A stretch of 64,000 nucleotides of DNA, taken from positions 774 to 64,773 of the forward strand of contig NZ_JAIPUS010000011.1 in NCBI RefSeq assembly GCF_020055675.1, written 5' to 3'. The DNA comes from Marivita sp. Its GTDB lineage: Bacteria; Pseudomonadota; Alphaproteobacteria; Rhodobacterales; Rhodobacteraceae. Positions 28,152 through 38,712 of this stretch are shown piece after piece. Under the pieces are notes generated by a model. The model was given only the letters and a program-made list of their open reading frames with translations. It did not search any database and was not told the DNA's origin. The position numbers and the translations under genes were made by a program. Positions within the stretch are counted from its first letter, which is position 1, and each line of letters begins with the position of its first letter.

Positions 28152-30191
28152 TTATTCGTCCAGCCACCATTGCGTGGCACGGTACGGATAGGTCCGGTAG
28201 TATTCGTAGGAATGCGTCTTGAAGTCGGCAAAGTTCTTCAGATCGTTGTTCTGATAAATCGGTGCCGGAGCATTCACAGTGCCGATGAACATCATGTTCT
28301 CGACCATCGCCTTGACCAGATCATTGCCAAGCTGCTCGAACTCCGCGGTGCCTTGGGCGGCGGACTGAAGCGCGTTGATGTCGTCGATCATGTCCTTGGC
28401 CCATTGCGGAGGCTCGACACCCTCGGCACCATCGGAATCGATCCACTCGGCCCAGAGCATCGCGTTGCGCACACCGAAGTAGTTTTCATACGGCGGCACC
28501 CACAATTCGTTGTTGCCCAGAACAATCGCCAGCGGCTGTGATTTGCGCCACATGGCCACGTCAAGCTGGTTCGAGGACTGCGCCGACCGGTACTCGTCCG
28601 GCGTCACTTCCTTGACCACGGACTGGATCCCCACATCGGCCCAGTTCTGTGCCACGAGTTCAACGGTCTGACCGGCCACGCCCTGGGTCGAGAAGTTGAG
28701 GTTCAGCACAAGCTTGTCGCCGTTCGGCAATTCGCGGAAGCCGTCACCGTCGGTGTCTTCCATGCCCAGCGCATCAAGCGCAGCATTGGCCGCATCTGGA
28801 TCATACTCGGCCTTGTAGGTCAGCCAGTCCTGATCCACGAATTCCGGCAACGGCGAGAACCCCACATATTGCTGCGGTGTGCCCTGACCGAAGAAGCCAA
28901 GCTCGTTCAGATCTTCGCGGTTGATCGCAACCGACATCGCCTCGCGGAAGGACAGATCGCTGAACACTGCGCGCTTGGCCGGGTCCTCATGCGTGACGTT
29001 GAAACCGAACACGCTCTGCGTGATCTCGGAGCGCAGATGAATGGTGTAGTCGCTGCTTTCCTGGTTCTCCAGGAGGATCGGCGCAGAGGCGAGTTGCAGG
29101 GATTGAGACTTGTAATCCACCTCACCGTTCACGAGCTTGAGGATACGCACCTCGTTGTCGTTGATATAAAGCTCATCCTGCGTCGAGATATAGGGCAACT
29201 GCTGGCCCGTCGGATCGACCTGGAAGAAGTAGGGATTCGCCACCAACTGACGGCCCTCGGTCGTGTCGTTGATGTAGATGTGCGATTCCAGCGTCGGATA
29301 GGTCGCCTTGGGCAGATCGTCGACAATATCGGCACGCGACAACATCGGCGTCGGCGTGTCGGTCCAGTCGGAGTTGCCATAATACGCAAGAATGGCGTCA
29401 TAACCGTCTTCGAACCCGAGGCTCTGCGCATAGCTGTCCGCATCCGGGTTCACATCCGGGTGGAACTGGCCAAGGAAATGCTTCGGCTGGAATGGCTGCG
29501 AATAATGCGTCGCAAAATGCGCGATCAAACCGGGCTTCGGTGCCGGCAGGTTGAAGATCACCGTGGTGTCGTCCGGTGCTTCGATGGTCATCGGCTCGCC
29601 CGCGACGGTGATGTAATCCTTGGGCGTTTCGGAGATGTTTTCGTCCAGCATCAGGTTGTCGTGGTAGAACACGATATCCGCACTGGTGAACGGCTCACCG
29701 TCGGACCACTTGTGGCCTTCGCGCAGCTTGATCGTCAGTTGGGTGAAATCGTCGTTCCAGTCCCATGACTTCGCCACGTTCGGCACGATGGTCTGAAGAT
29801 CGTCTGAGTAGCGCATCAGGCTGACATGGCGCACCGACAGGAAATCGGACGTGCCCGCCTCGGTCGCGTTGGACAAGACGTTCAGTTCACCGCCATATTC
29901 GCCAACACTGTTATAGGGCACCATGACAAGAGGTTCGGCCGGGATCCGCTCGGAGAGCGGTGGAAGCTCCGGGTTGCCCTTGATCTGCGCGTTCAGCGCT
30001 TCAATCTCGGGGTTGGTGGAAAACTCCATCACGCAGCCAGCGGCGTCCTGAAAGGCACTGAGCTCGTATTGCTGGGGATATTCGCCGGGCGCGATGCCCT
30101 GCATGTCATCCAAGGTGACCGCCGGGCAATTGGCATAGGCCGCTGCCGGAAGGGCAAGCAGGGCAACGCCTGAAAGTAATAGTCGTTTCAT
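28152..30191 (-). CDS. ABC substrate-binding protein, family 5, about 680 aa
   Basis: Signal peptide MKRLLLSGVALLALPAAAYA; LPPLSERIP..P, YGG, PNVAKSW.WNDD, LREGHKWSDGEPFTSADI; GGAG RBS. Confidence 0.88.
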   Translation of the reverse strand: MKRLLLSGVALLALPAAAYANCPAVTLDDMQGIAPGEYPQQYELSAFQDAAGCVMEFSTNPEIEALNAQIKGNPELPPLSERIPAEPLVMVPYNSVGEYGGELNVLSNATEAGTSDFLSVRHVSLMRYSDDLQTIVPNVAKSWDWNDDFTQLTIKLREGHKWSDGEPFTSADIVFYHDNLMLDENISETPKDYITVAGEPMTIEAPDDTTVIFNLPAPKPGLIAHFATHYSQPFQPKHFLGQFHPDVNPDADSYAQSLGFEDGYDAILAYYGNSDWTDTPTPMLSRADIVDDLPKATYPTLESHIYINDTTEGRQLVANPYFFQVDPTGQQLPYISTQDELYINDNEVRILKLVNGEVDYKSQSLQLASAPILLENQESSDYTIHLRSEITQSVFGFNVTHEDPAKRAVFSDLSFREAMSVAINREDLNELGFFGQGTPQQYVGFSPLPEFVDQDWLTYKAEYDPDAANAALDALGMEDTDGDGFRELPNGDKLVLNLNFSTQGVAGQTVELVAQNWADVGIQSVVKEVTPDEYRSAQSSNQLDVAMWRKSQPLAIVLGNNELWVPPYENYFGVRNAMLWAEWIDSDGAEGVEPPQWAKDMIDDINALQSAAQGTAEFEQLGNDLVKAMVENMMFIGTVNAPAPIYQNNDLKNFADFKTHSYEYYRTYPYRATQWWLDE

Positions 30192-30399
30192 GGTCTCTCC
30201 TGTTGGTTCCAAGTGTTCATCAGGGGCTGATCCCCCTGTTGTGTCCGGATCTGCCGAAACAGCCGGTCATTCCGGATCTTGATCCATCGCTTGAGTCATT
30301 TGTAAGATTCGTATTGGCGATAGAGGGCAGTCGGTCGAAACATCTCCTGTTTTGCATCCGCGCAGGTGCGGACAGCCGCGTTTTGTATCTCTGGCAACC

Positions 30400-30417
30400 A
30401 TGACAGATCCATGACAG
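30400..30417 (-). promoter_or_regulatory. Pho box (PhoB site) upstream of the ABC operon
   Basis: Minus strand CTGTCAT-GGAT-CTGTCAT: two consensus heptamers at 11-bp period, oriented toward the SBP gene. Confidence 0.75.
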
Positions 30418-30426
30418 TCCAACGGG

Positions 30427-31926
30427 TCACGACGCCACCTTAACGCCGTCATCGGTAATCTTCGTGCGGGAAAACGTGCCATCGGCATGGATCATGCGAT
30501 GGCGGAGCAAATCCTGCATCAAATCGAGCATTGTCTGCGAATGTGATGAATTTTTCGCCAGGTTTTGCGTCTCGGTCCCACCCGACACATCCATGAGAAC
30601 AGGGGGCAAGCCCCCGGCAAACTGCACATAGCGCAGAGTGTCTTTGCGCAGCACGGCCAGCTTGGCCTCGTCGATGGACAGGCCATGCGCCGTTTGCCAA
30701 GCCGTTGGCGTGATCGGGTCAGCGAAATCAAGCTCGGACACCGAAACCTGTTTCCAGGCCTCCGGAACGGTCCGGTTCAGAAACGGTTTCAGGCTGCGCC
30801 CATCCATGGAATGGAGCACCGACAGGCCAAGGCAGTCGAGGATTGTCGGCGTCACATCTATCGACTCTGTCGGCGCCATCACGACATGACCGCGCGCTTG
30901 GGCCGCTGGATCGCGGATGATCAGCGGGACATGGAAAGCGGCGTCGTGGAACGTTGTCTTGCCCCAAATACCGTAATCACCCAACAAGTCGCCATGATCG
31001 GCAGTCAGGACGATCAGCGTGTCGTCATACTGGCCCGTCTCCCTGAGCCAGCCGATCAGCCGGCCGACATGATGATCGACCTCGGTCGCCAGCCCGAAAT
31101 AGAGCTTGCGGATCATCTTGGTGGTTTCGTCTGTCGCGGGCAGATCGGGAAACCCGATGACAGTCGACGCGGCAGAGCTTTGCATCCGCGCGGTGGTCAG
31201 GAACGGGTGCCAATCCGGGTCCGCAGCCTGTCGCGGCGGGGGCATCCGCGCAGCATCATACATCGCGTTGTAAGGCGCCGGGGCGACAAACGGGGGATGC
31301 GGGCGAATATAGGTCAGCAGCGCGAACCAGCCGGAATCGCGCTGCGACAGGTCGGCAAGCGTCCGGTCGGTCAGGAAGGCGGTATCACTGTCGCCGGCTG
31401 CGTAAAGGGCCGGAGCGTCAGGCGCATCTCCCGCGGGTCGGTACAGGGCCGGATAGGGCGGGACATCATACCCCTTCTGGCCCAGGTCGGTCTCCCACGC
31501 GCGGGAATCGCCTTCCAGACGCATTCGCACCACTTCGGTGAAACCGGGCATCACCTCTTCATAGGAAAACAACCGCGGATCGTCCGGGGGCAGGAACCGG
31601 GGATCCTGCGATGTGTCGGTATACCCAAAGAGCAGCGGATCATGCCCCTGCGCGCGCATCACGCTGGCAAGGTTCGGCGTATCCCGCTTGAGCGGCGTCC
31701 CGTTGCGGGTCGCTCCGTGGTTCGACGCGTATTGCGCCGTGAGCAGCGACACCCGAGACGGCCCGCAGGGCGAGGTGACGGAATAATGCGACTGGAACGC
31801 GACCGAGTCATCGGCCAGCTTACGGATATTGGGCAGGTCAAGATGCTCTGACAGAGCGCCGAAAACGCAATCAGCGCGCAGCTGATCGATTACGATAAAA
31901 AGCGTATTCGTCTTGGTTTTTGTCAC
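30427..31926 (-). CDS. Alkaline phosphatase superfamily, phosphonate monoester hydrolase/phosphodiesterase (PMH/PehA-like)
   Basis: LFIVIDQLRAD, SPCGPSR..LLT (CxPxR), YIRPHPPFVAPAPY, TADHGDLLGD...GK; no signal peptide. Confidence 0.72.
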   Translation of the reverse strand: MTKTKTNTLFIVIDQLRADCVFGALSEHLDLPNIRKLADDSVAFQSHYSVTSPCGPSRVSLLTAQYASNHGATRNGTPLKRDTPNLASVMRAQGHDPLLFGYTDTSQDPRFLPPDDPRLFSYEEVMPGFTEVVRMRLEGDSRAWETDLGQKGYDVPPYPALYRPAGDAPDAPALYAAGDSDTAFLTDRTLADLSQRDSGWFALLTYIRPHPPFVAPAPYNAMYDAARMPPPRQAADPDWHPFLTTARMQSSAASTVIGFPDLPATDETTKMIRKLYFGLATEVDHHVGRLIGWLRETGQYDDTLIVLTADHGDLLGDYGIWGKTTFHDAAFHVPLIIRDPAAQARGHVVMAPTESIDVTPTILDCLGLSVLHSMDGRSLKPFLNRTVPEAWKQVSVSELDFADPITPTAWQTAHGLSIDEAKLAVLRKDTLRYVQFAGGLPPVLMDVSGGTETQNLAKNSSHSQTMLDLMQDLLRHRMIHADGTFSRTKITDDGVKVAS

Positions 31927-32009
31927 GGCACATCCCAGAACTGGACGGATGATGCCCTGAACAAATCATATGTAAAGAGAGGCGTTCGCTATACCTCCAT
32001 AGGTCAAAC

Positions 32010-32888
32010 TTATACTTTGGCCTGCGCAACCACCCGTTTCACAGACTTGAGAAACCCCCGGATCAACGGCACGTCGCACCGCGCGGACAGGGTGACAAGC
32101 GATTCCGACATGCCGATGTCCACATCTTCGAACGGTAACGTCAGCAGCCGCCTGTCGTGCCCGACCTCCGCCTCGCTGATAAACCCGATCCCGGCACCAG
32201 ACGCCACGACTTCGCGCATTGCCTCACGCCCCTCAACCTCGATCGCGGGCATGAGGGACAACCCGAGGCGCATCGCTTCTTCTTCAACAATCGCGCGGGT
32301 CCGCGACCCCGCCTCGCGGAAAACAAGTGGATACCTGGCCAGATCCCTGAACCGCAGCGCCCGCGTTCCCTTGCGAAGATACCCCTTGCCCGCAAGGCCA
32401 AGGATCGGTGTACGGCCCAGATCGACCGCATCAAGATCGGGTGCCGTGACAGAGTTGCCGATCACGCCGATCTCGGCTTCGTAGTTGCGCAGGCGGCGCA
32501 ACAAGTCTTCTGTATTGCCGGTCCGGATCGTGACGAACACATCCGGGTTCGAGGCACGAAACCGGCTGACCGCGGCCGTGATATGCATCGCGGAATCGGC
32601 CATGATCCGAAGATGCCCGGACAGCGCCGCGCGGTTCTCATCGAACAGCGCGGCGATCCGGTCCTCGACTTCGAACATCTCGCTTGTCAGGCGAAAAAGC
32701 GCTTCGCCGGCCTTGGTCATGCGCACCTGCCGCGCCTCGCGCGAAAACAGCAGCACGTCGTGTCGCTGTTCCAGTTGCCGGACCTGATCGGACACCGAGG
32801 GTTGCGATATGTTCAGCGCCCGCGCTGCGCTGGAAAAACCGCCATGCAAAGCAACGTGATGAAACGCCCGCAAATGACTGTATCGCAT
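32010..32888 (-). CDS. LysR regulator of aminoethylphosphonate catabolism (phn-associated LysR)
   Basis: HTH FSSAARALNISQPSVSDQVRQLE; divergent from phnW. Confidence 0.85.
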   Translation of the reverse strand: MRYSHLRAFHHVALHGGFSSAARALNISQPSVSDQVRQLEQRHDVLLFSREARQVRMTKAGEALFRLTSEMFEVEDRIAALFDENRAALSGHLRIMADSAMHITAAVSRFRASNPDVFVTIRTGNTEDLLRRLRNYEAEIGVIGNSVTAPDLDAVDLGRTPILGLAGKGYLRKGTRALRFRDLARYPLVFREAGSRTRAIVEEEAMRLGLSLMPAIEVEGREAMREVVASGAGIGFISEAEVGHDRRLLTLPFEDVDIGMSESLVTLSARCDVPLIRGFLKSVKRVVAQAKV

Positions 32889-32916
32889 GGATCCCTCCGA
32901 TTTGATACGAAGACAT

Positions 32917-32931
32917 ATAACCAAGGGTTAT
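32917..32931. promoter_or_regulatory. Putative LysR recognition site
   Basis: Palindrome ATAACC-AAG-GGTTAT containing T-N11-A in the lysR/phnW divergent gap. Confidence 0.6.
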
Positions 32932-33010
32932 TGAAGAATAGCAAACAAAGATTTCAAATATGAATGCCCGCATTGCATATCGGACACAGGATCAAATTCG
33001 GAACCCCGCC

Positions 33011-34192
33011 ATGTCGTCCAGCCCCCTGCCCATGCCAGCACTCGGCGAACCCTATCTTCTCACCCCCGGCCCGCTGACAACCGCCTGTTCCGTCAAACAG
33101 GCGATGCTGAAGGACTGGGGCAGTTGGGACGACGATTTCCGCGCCCTCACCCGCGACATGCGCCGTCGCCTGCTTGCGATGATCGGAGACACCGCGCCGG
33201 AGTATGACTGCGTGCCGATCCAGGGCTCGGGCAGCTATTGCGTCGAAGCGATGCTGGGTAGCTTTGTGCCACGCGACGGTAAGGTGCTTGTCCTGGCAAA
33301 CGGCGCCTACGGCCTGCGCGCGGCGCAGACACTGGATTATCTGGGACGCGCATATCACGTGCTCGACAAGGGCGATTACCTGCCTCCGCGCGGCACGGAG
33401 GTGGCACAGATCCTCGCCGAGGACCCAATGATCACCCATGTGTTGGCGATCCATTGCGAAACCTCCAGCGGTATACTGAACCCGTTGGAAGAAATTGCCG
33501 AAGCAACGCAAGCCGCCGGGCGCAAGCTGCTGATCGATTCCATGTCGGCCTTTGGCGCGCTGCCGCTTGATCCCGGCGCTCTCAACTGCGCCGCCTTCGT
33601 ATCCTCGGCCAATAAATGCATCGAAGGTGTGCCCGGGTTCGGCTTCGTCATCGCCCGCAAGGAGGAAATTGACGCCTCCAGGGGCAACTCGCATTCCCTG
33701 TCGCTGGACGTGCACGCGCAATGGGCAACGATGGAGAAAACCGGACAGTGGCGCTACACCCCGCCGACCCATGTGGTCGCAGCGTTCCTCAAGGCGCTCG
33801 ATCTGCACGAGGCCGAAGGCGGCGTGCCCGCCCGTGGTGCGCGCTACACAAACAATCGGGACGTGGTCGTGCAGGGTTTGCGGGATCTCGGCTTTGAAAC
33901 ACTGCTCGAGGATCGCTGGCTCAGCCCGATCATCGTCACCTTTTTCTGCCCCGCCGATACAAACTTCACCTTCAAGGGATTCTATGACTCCATGAAAGCG
34001 CGGGGCTTCATCATCTACCCCGGCAAGCTGACCGTGGTGGAGTCTTTCCGCATCGGGGTGATCGGGCAAATGGATGAACACGTCATGCGCCGCGTGGTCG
34101 AAGCGGCCCGCGAGGCTCTGACTGACATGAACGTAAGCTGCGCGGCCCCACCCGCAGCCGCCCTCGAAGAACGCAAGAAACTCGCCGCCTGA
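33011..34192 (+). CDS. phnW: 2-aminoethylphosphonate:pyruvate transaminase
   Basis: YLLTPGPLTT, DWGSWD, HCETSSGILNP, SSANKCIEGVPG, QWRYTPPTHVV, FIIYPGKLT; start uncertain. Confidence 0.93.
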   Translation: MSSSPLPMPALGEPYLLTPGPLTTACSVKQAMLKDWGSWDDDFRALTRDMRRRLLAMIGDTAPEYDCVPIQGSGSYCVEAMLGSFVPRDGKVLVLANGAYGLRAAQTLDYLGRAYHVLDKGDYLPPRGTEVAQILAEDPMITHVLAIHCETSSGILNPLEEIAEATQAAGRKLLIDSMSAFGALPLDPGALNCAAFVSSANKCIEGVPGFGFVIARKEEIDASRGNSHSLSLDVHAQWATMEKTGQWRYTPPTHVVAAFLKALDLHEAEGGVPARGARYTNNRDVVVQGLRDLGFETLLEDRWLSPIIVTFFCPADTNFTFKGFYDSMKARGFIIYPGKLTVVESFRIGVIGQMDEHVMRRVVEAAREALTDMNVSCAAPPAAALEERKKLAA

Positions 34193-34202
34193 AGGAAGAG
34201 AC

Positions 34203-35462
34203 ATGCCCCTCACGAACCCCGTGGTCGCCAATGACCGCACCTACCCCGTGCCCAGAACCTGCGCGATTGCGATCTGTCTGGATGGCTGCGAACCGGAATA
34301 CCTTGAGGTCGCGATTGCCGAAGGTCTGATGCCGACACTCAAGCGCATCCGCGAAACCGGGACAGACCGTCTGGCCCATTCGGTGATCCCCTCCTTTACC
34401 AACCCCAACAACATGAGCATCGCCACCGGCCGCCCGCCTGCGGTGCATGGCATCTGCGGCAACTTCCTCTATGAGCCGGAAACCGGCCAGGAAGTGATGA
34501 TGAACGACCTGCGCTTCCTGCGCGCCCCGACCGTTTTCTCGAAATTCTACGAGGCCGGTGCGCGTGTCGCTGTCATCACCGCCAAGGACAAGCTGCGCGC
34601 GCTTCTGGGCGCTGGGCTGAAGTTCGACGAAGACCGCGCGATTGCGTTTTCCTCGGAACGGTCGGGCGACACGACGAAAGCGGAACACGGGATCGACAAG
34701 GCGTCGGACTGGCTCGGCATGCCGGTGCCCGAGGTCTATTCCGCTGACCTGTCGGAATTCGTCTTCGCCGCGGGCGTAAAGTTGCTGAAGGAGTGGAAAC
34801 CGGACGTGATGTACCTGTCCACGACCGACTACATCCAGCACAAGTTCGCCCCGGACGAACAAGGCGCCAAGGACTTCTACGCGATGTTCGACCGCTACCT
34901 GACCGAGCTTGACGCGATGGGTGCCGCCATCGTCGTGACCGCCGACCACGGCATGAAGCCCAAGCATGACGCCAATGGTGACCCGGCGGTGATCTACGTT
35001 CAGGATCTGCTCGACGAGTGGCTGGGCGAAGCCGCCGCCCGCGTGATCCTGCCGATCACCGACCCTTATGTCGTGCATCACGGTGCACTTGGGTCCTTTG
35101 CCACGGCCTACCTGCCCTCCGGCGCAGATCAGGCCGACATCATCGCCCGCCTGCGCGCTTTGCCGGAAATGCTCGAAGTTGTGGACAAGGCCACGGCTGT
35201 CCAGAAATACGACCTGCCCGCCGACCGGATCGGTGATATCGTGATGATCTCGACCGAGAACATGACCATCGGCACCAGCGCCCACCGTCACGACCTTGCC
35301 GCACTCAAGGAACCGCTCCGCAGCCATGGCGGCCTGACCGAACAAGAGGTCCCGTTCATCGTGAACCGCAAGATCGATTTGCCCGGCGCGCCCGTCTTGC
35401 GCAACTTCGATGCGTTCTTCTACGCCACCGCCGCCGCAGCCCTCGAAGAGGTGGAAGCATGA
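34203..35462 (+). CDS. phnA: Phosphonoacetate hydrolase
   Basis: [53 protein letters not shown]. Confidence 0.93.
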   Translation: MPLTNPVVANDRTYPVPRTCAIAICLDGCEPEYLEVAIAEGLMPTLKRIRETGTDRLAHSVIPSFTNPNNMSIATGRPPAVHGICGNFLYEPETGQEVMMNDLRFLRAPTVFSKFYEAGARVAVITAKDKLRALLGAGLKFDEDRAIAFSSERSGDTTKAEHGIDKASDWLGMPVPEVYSADLSEFVFAAGVKLLKEWKPDVMYLSTTDYIQHKFAPDEQGAKDFYAMFDRYLTELDAMGAAIVVTADHGMKPKHDANGDPAVIYVQDLLDEWLGEAAARVILPITDPYVVHHGALGSFATAYLPSGADQADIIARLRALPEMLEVVDKATAVQKYDLPADRIGDIVMISTENMTIGTSAHRHDLAALKEPLRSHGGLTEQEVPFIVNRKIDLPGAPVLRNFDAFFYATAAAALEEVEA

Positions 35463-36898
35463 CCGACATCCGCCACGACCAGATGCGCATCGGCGGCGAA
35501 AAGGTCGATACCGACGCGCGCATCGAGGTGCGGTATCCCTATACCGACGAGGTGATCGGGACGGTGCCCGCTGGCAACGCAGACCACGCCCGCCGCGCAT
35601 TCGAGATTGCCGCGAACTACACGCCAAAACTCACCCGGTATGAACGCAGCCAGATCCTGCAACGGGCCGGGCAACTGATCGGCGAACGCCGCGATGACCT
35701 CGCCAAATGGCTGGTGCTGGAACTGGGCATCTGCCACCAGCACGCGATCTACGAGACCAAGCGCGCGCAGGATGTCTACCAATTCGCCGCCGCCGAAGCG
35801 CTCAAGGACGATAGCGAGGTGTTTTCCTGCGACCTCACCCACAACGGCAAGGCGCGCAAGATCTTCACCATGCGCGAACCGGTGCGCGCCATCAGCGCGA
35901 TCACCCCGTTCAACCACCCGCTCAACATGGTCAGCCACAAGATCGCGCCATCGATTGCGACCAATAATTGCATGGTCTGCAAGCCGACGGAATTGACACC
36001 ACTCACGGCGCTGACTTTGGCGGATATCCTCTACGAGGCGGGCCTGCCGCCCGAGATGTTCCAGGTGGTCACGGGGATGCCCGCCGACATCGGCGATGAG
36101 ATGATCACCAACGAGAATATCGATATCATCACCTTCACCGGCGGTGTTCCCGTCGGCAAACTCATCGCGGGCAAAGCAGGCTACAAACGCACCGCTCTGG
36201 AACTGGGCGGGAACGATCCCCTGATCGTCTGCAACGACCTGAGCGATGCCGACCTCGACAAAGCCGCGACCATCGCCGTGGCAGGCGCCACCGGCAATTC
36301 CGGCCAGCGGTGTACCGCGATCAAACGCATCCTCGTGCAGGAAAGCGTGGCGGACCGCTTCGTCCCGCTGGTGGTCGAGAAGGCCAAGAAGATCAAATTC
36401 GGCGATCCGCAGGACCCGGAAACCGAACTTGGCTGCGTGATCCATGCGCAAGCCGCCGAGCTTTTCGAAAAGCGCGTCACCATGGCCGCAGATCAAGGCG
36501 CCAAGGTTCTCTACAATCCCGGTCGTCAAGGCGCGCTGCTGCCCCCCATCGTTGTCGATCACGTGCCCCATGAAAGCGAACTGGTGATGGAGGAAACCTT
36601 CGGCCCCATCATCCCCATCGTGCGCGTGCCCGACGATGACACCGAGGTGATGCGCATCTCGAACAGCACCGACTTCGGTCTGTCTTCGGGCGTGTGCACC
36701 AACGATCTGAACCGCGCGATCGCCTATATCAACGGCTTGAATGTCGGCACCTGCAACATCTGGGAACAGCCCGGCTACCGGATCGAGATGTCCCCGTTCG
36801 GCGGCATCAAGGACAGCGGCAACGGCGTGAAGGAGGGCGTCATCGAAGCGATGAAATTCTTCACCAACGTCAAAACCTACAGCCTGCCATGGCCATGA
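35459..36898 (+). CDS. phnY: Phosphonoacetaldehyde dehydrogenase
   Basis: [47 protein letters not shown]; follows phnA. Confidence 0.92.
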   Translation: MTDIRHDQMRIGGEKVDTDARIEVRYPYTDEVIGTVPAGNADHARRAFEIAANYTPKLTRYERSQILQRAGQLIGERRDDLAKWLVLELGICHQHAIYETKRAQDVYQFAAAEALKDDSEVFSCDLTHNGKARKIFTMREPVRAISAITPFNHPLNMVSHKIAPSIATNNCMVCKPTELTPLTALTLADILYEAGLPPEMFQVVTGMPADIGDEMITNENIDIITFTGGVPVGKLIAGKAGYKRTALELGGNDPLIVCNDLSDADLDKAATIAVAGATGNSGQRCTAIKRILVQESVADRFVPLVVEKAKKIKFGDPQDPETELGCVIHAQAAELFEKRVTMAADQGAKVLYNPGRQGALLPPIVVDHVPHESELVMEETFGPIIPIVRVPDDDTEVMRISNSTDFGLSSGVCTNDLNRAIAYINGLNVGTCNIWEQPGYRIEMSPFGGIKDSGNGVKEGVIEAMKFFTNVKTYSLPWP

Positions 36899-36902
36899 AG
36901 GA

Positions 36903-37730
36903 GTGACGCTGTCCATTCTCGGGATCGTCCTGACAGCGGCGTTCCTGCACGCGCTGTGGAACGCGCTCGTCAAGGCATCGGGTGACCGTGCGATCACCTT
37001 GGGGCTGGTGGCAGCGGGCCATTGCGTGCCTGCGATCCTGCTGCTGCCGATGGCGCCGGTCCCCGCGATGGCGGCGCTGCCCTATATCGTGGCCTCCACG
37101 GTGATACACTGGGGCTACTATTACTTCCTGAACATGGCTTACCGCTTTGGCGATCTGTCCCTGATCTATCCCATAGCCCGTGGCGCGGCCCCGGTGATGG
37201 TCGCACTGGGCGCGATGGTCTGGGCCGACGAGGGTCTGCCAGTCCTCGCGTGGATCGGGATAGTCACGGTATCCGCCGGGATCATGATCCTCGCAGCCAT
37301 TCGCCATGCCGACACGCGGGGCATCGCGGCGGCCCTGTGCACCTCGGCTATCATCGCTGCGTATTCGATCATTGACGGCATCGGCATCCGCGTCTCCGGC
37401 GCGCCATTGGGATATGTGATCTGGCTCTTCGCCGCAGAGATCTTTGTGGTGTTCTTTGTCGGCGCCACGCGGGTCCAACGCCTTCGGGCGCTGCCGGGCA
37501 AGGCAGTGACCCTGGGCCTTTTGGGCGGTGCGATCTCGGGCCTGGCTTACGCCCTTGCGCTTTACGCCAAAACCCTCGCACCCATCGGCATCGTCTCGGC
37601 CATTCGCGAAACCTCGGTGATCTTCGCCGCCTTGATCGGTGTCTACTGGATGGGCGAAGGCCCGGCCCGACGCCGGCTCATTGCCGCGTCTGTCGTTGCG
37701 CTGGGTGTGATCCTGCTGACGTTCTCATGA
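36903..37730 (+). CDS. EamA/DMT membrane protein (phosphonate-utilization associated type)
   Basis: AAFLHALWNALVK, DLSLIYPIARG, AIRETSVIFAALIG; 10 TM; last gene of phnWAY operon. Confidence 0.82.
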   Translation: MTLSILGIVLTAAFLHALWNALVKASGDRAITLGLVAAGHCVPAILLLPMAPVPAMAALPYIVASTVIHWGYYYFLNMAYRFGDLSLIYPIARGAAPVMVALGAMVWADEGLPVLAWIGIVTVSAGIMILAAIRHADTRGIAAALCTSAIIAAYSIIDGIGIRVSGAPLGYVIWLFAAEIFVVFFVGATRVQRLRALPGKAVTLGLLGGAISGLAYALALYAKTLAPIGIVSAIRETSVIFAALIGVYWMGEGPARRRLIAASVVALGVILLTFS

Positions 37731-37742
37731 TGCACCACCGGA

Positions 37743-38609
37743 TCACAGCTTGCGAAAGATTCGCGTCGACTGGAACATCTCCTCCAGCGCCTCGATCCGG
37801 TCCAGCGCGGTTTCGGACACACGCGTCTGCACCTCTGCGACAAGCGCCTCGATCACGAGGTTGATCGCCAGCGTCGAATCCCAGCTTGACGGCGCCTCGA
37901 TCTGCGCATTCACCACATGATCCGCCTGTCGCGAAATCGGGGACCCCCATTGATCCGTGAACAGGATGATCTGCGCGTCGCGATCCTTGGCCAACTCCGC
38001 CAGTCGGTCCAGGTCACGCTCATACCGCCGGATGTCGAACAGGATCAGAACCGACATGCGATCCATATCAAGAATGTATTGCGGCCACACGTTGGGGGAC
38101 GCGCCCAAAAGCGTGACCCCCGGCCGGATGATCTGAAGATGATTGTAGAAATAGTCCGCATTTGACCGGGTAATGCGCCCGCCGGACAGGAACAGCCGCC
38201 GCTCCCGATCGGCCAACACGGCGGCAATCGCGTCCACCGTCCCCGGCTCGAGCCGGTCGATGGTGCGGCTCAGATTGTCGAACACGGCTTCGGCAAACGC
38301 CTTGAACGCGGCAGAGACCGGCTTTGCGTCGCCCCACCCATCCCGCTTGGCGATGGGCGTCTTGAACTGCGCCGACGCTTCATCGCGCAGTGCGGCCTGC
38401 AAGTCCGGGAACCCGTCAAAGCCCAGCTTGCGCGCCAATCGGATCACCGTCGGCGTCGAGACCCCCGCCGCTTCGGCAATACGCGTGATCGATTGCAAGC
38501 CTCCCACGGGGTAGTCGCGCATCAAAACACCCGACAATTGCCGTTCTGCAGGCGTCAAGGCGCTTGCAGTGTCATGCAGCCGATCCTTCACTGAAAGTGC
38601 TTTTGCCAT
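37743..38609 (-). CDS. MurR/RpiR family regulator
   Basis: LTPAERQL...SITRIAEAAGVSTPTVIRLARKLGFDGF plus SIS domain. Confidence 0.9.
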   Translation of the reverse strand: MAKALSVKDRLHDTASALTPAERQLSGVLMRDYPVGGLQSITRIAEAAGVSTPTVIRLARKLGFDGFPDLQAALRDEASAQFKTPIAKRDGWGDAKPVSAAFKAFAEAVFDNLSRTIDRLEPGTVDAIAAVLADRERRLFLSGGRITRSNADYFYNHLQIIRPGVTLLGASPNVWPQYILDMDRMSVLILFDIRRYERDLDRLAELAKDRDAQIILFTDQWGSPISRQADHVVNAQIEAPSSWDSTLAINLVIEALVAEVQTRVSETALDRIEALEEMFQSTRIFRKL

Positions 38610-38623
38610 AAAATGATGCCGTT

Positions 38624-38639
38624 TGTAGCAATCGTTACA
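38624..38639. promoter_or_regulatory. Putative RpiR-family operator
   Basis: TGTA-GCAATCGT-TACA inverted repeat in the divergent promoter. Confidence 0.45.
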
Positions 38640-38712
38640 TCGTTGCTTGGATTGGTACAAAAATCAACCAAATTTTCTTGACATGGCCCGAAACAGCACG
38701 ACAAATGAAATA

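Noticed and set aside
31958-31980. Second Pho box upstream of the PMH-like gene
   Set aside because: One half-site (TTTACAT) is plausible but the second is out of register and poor
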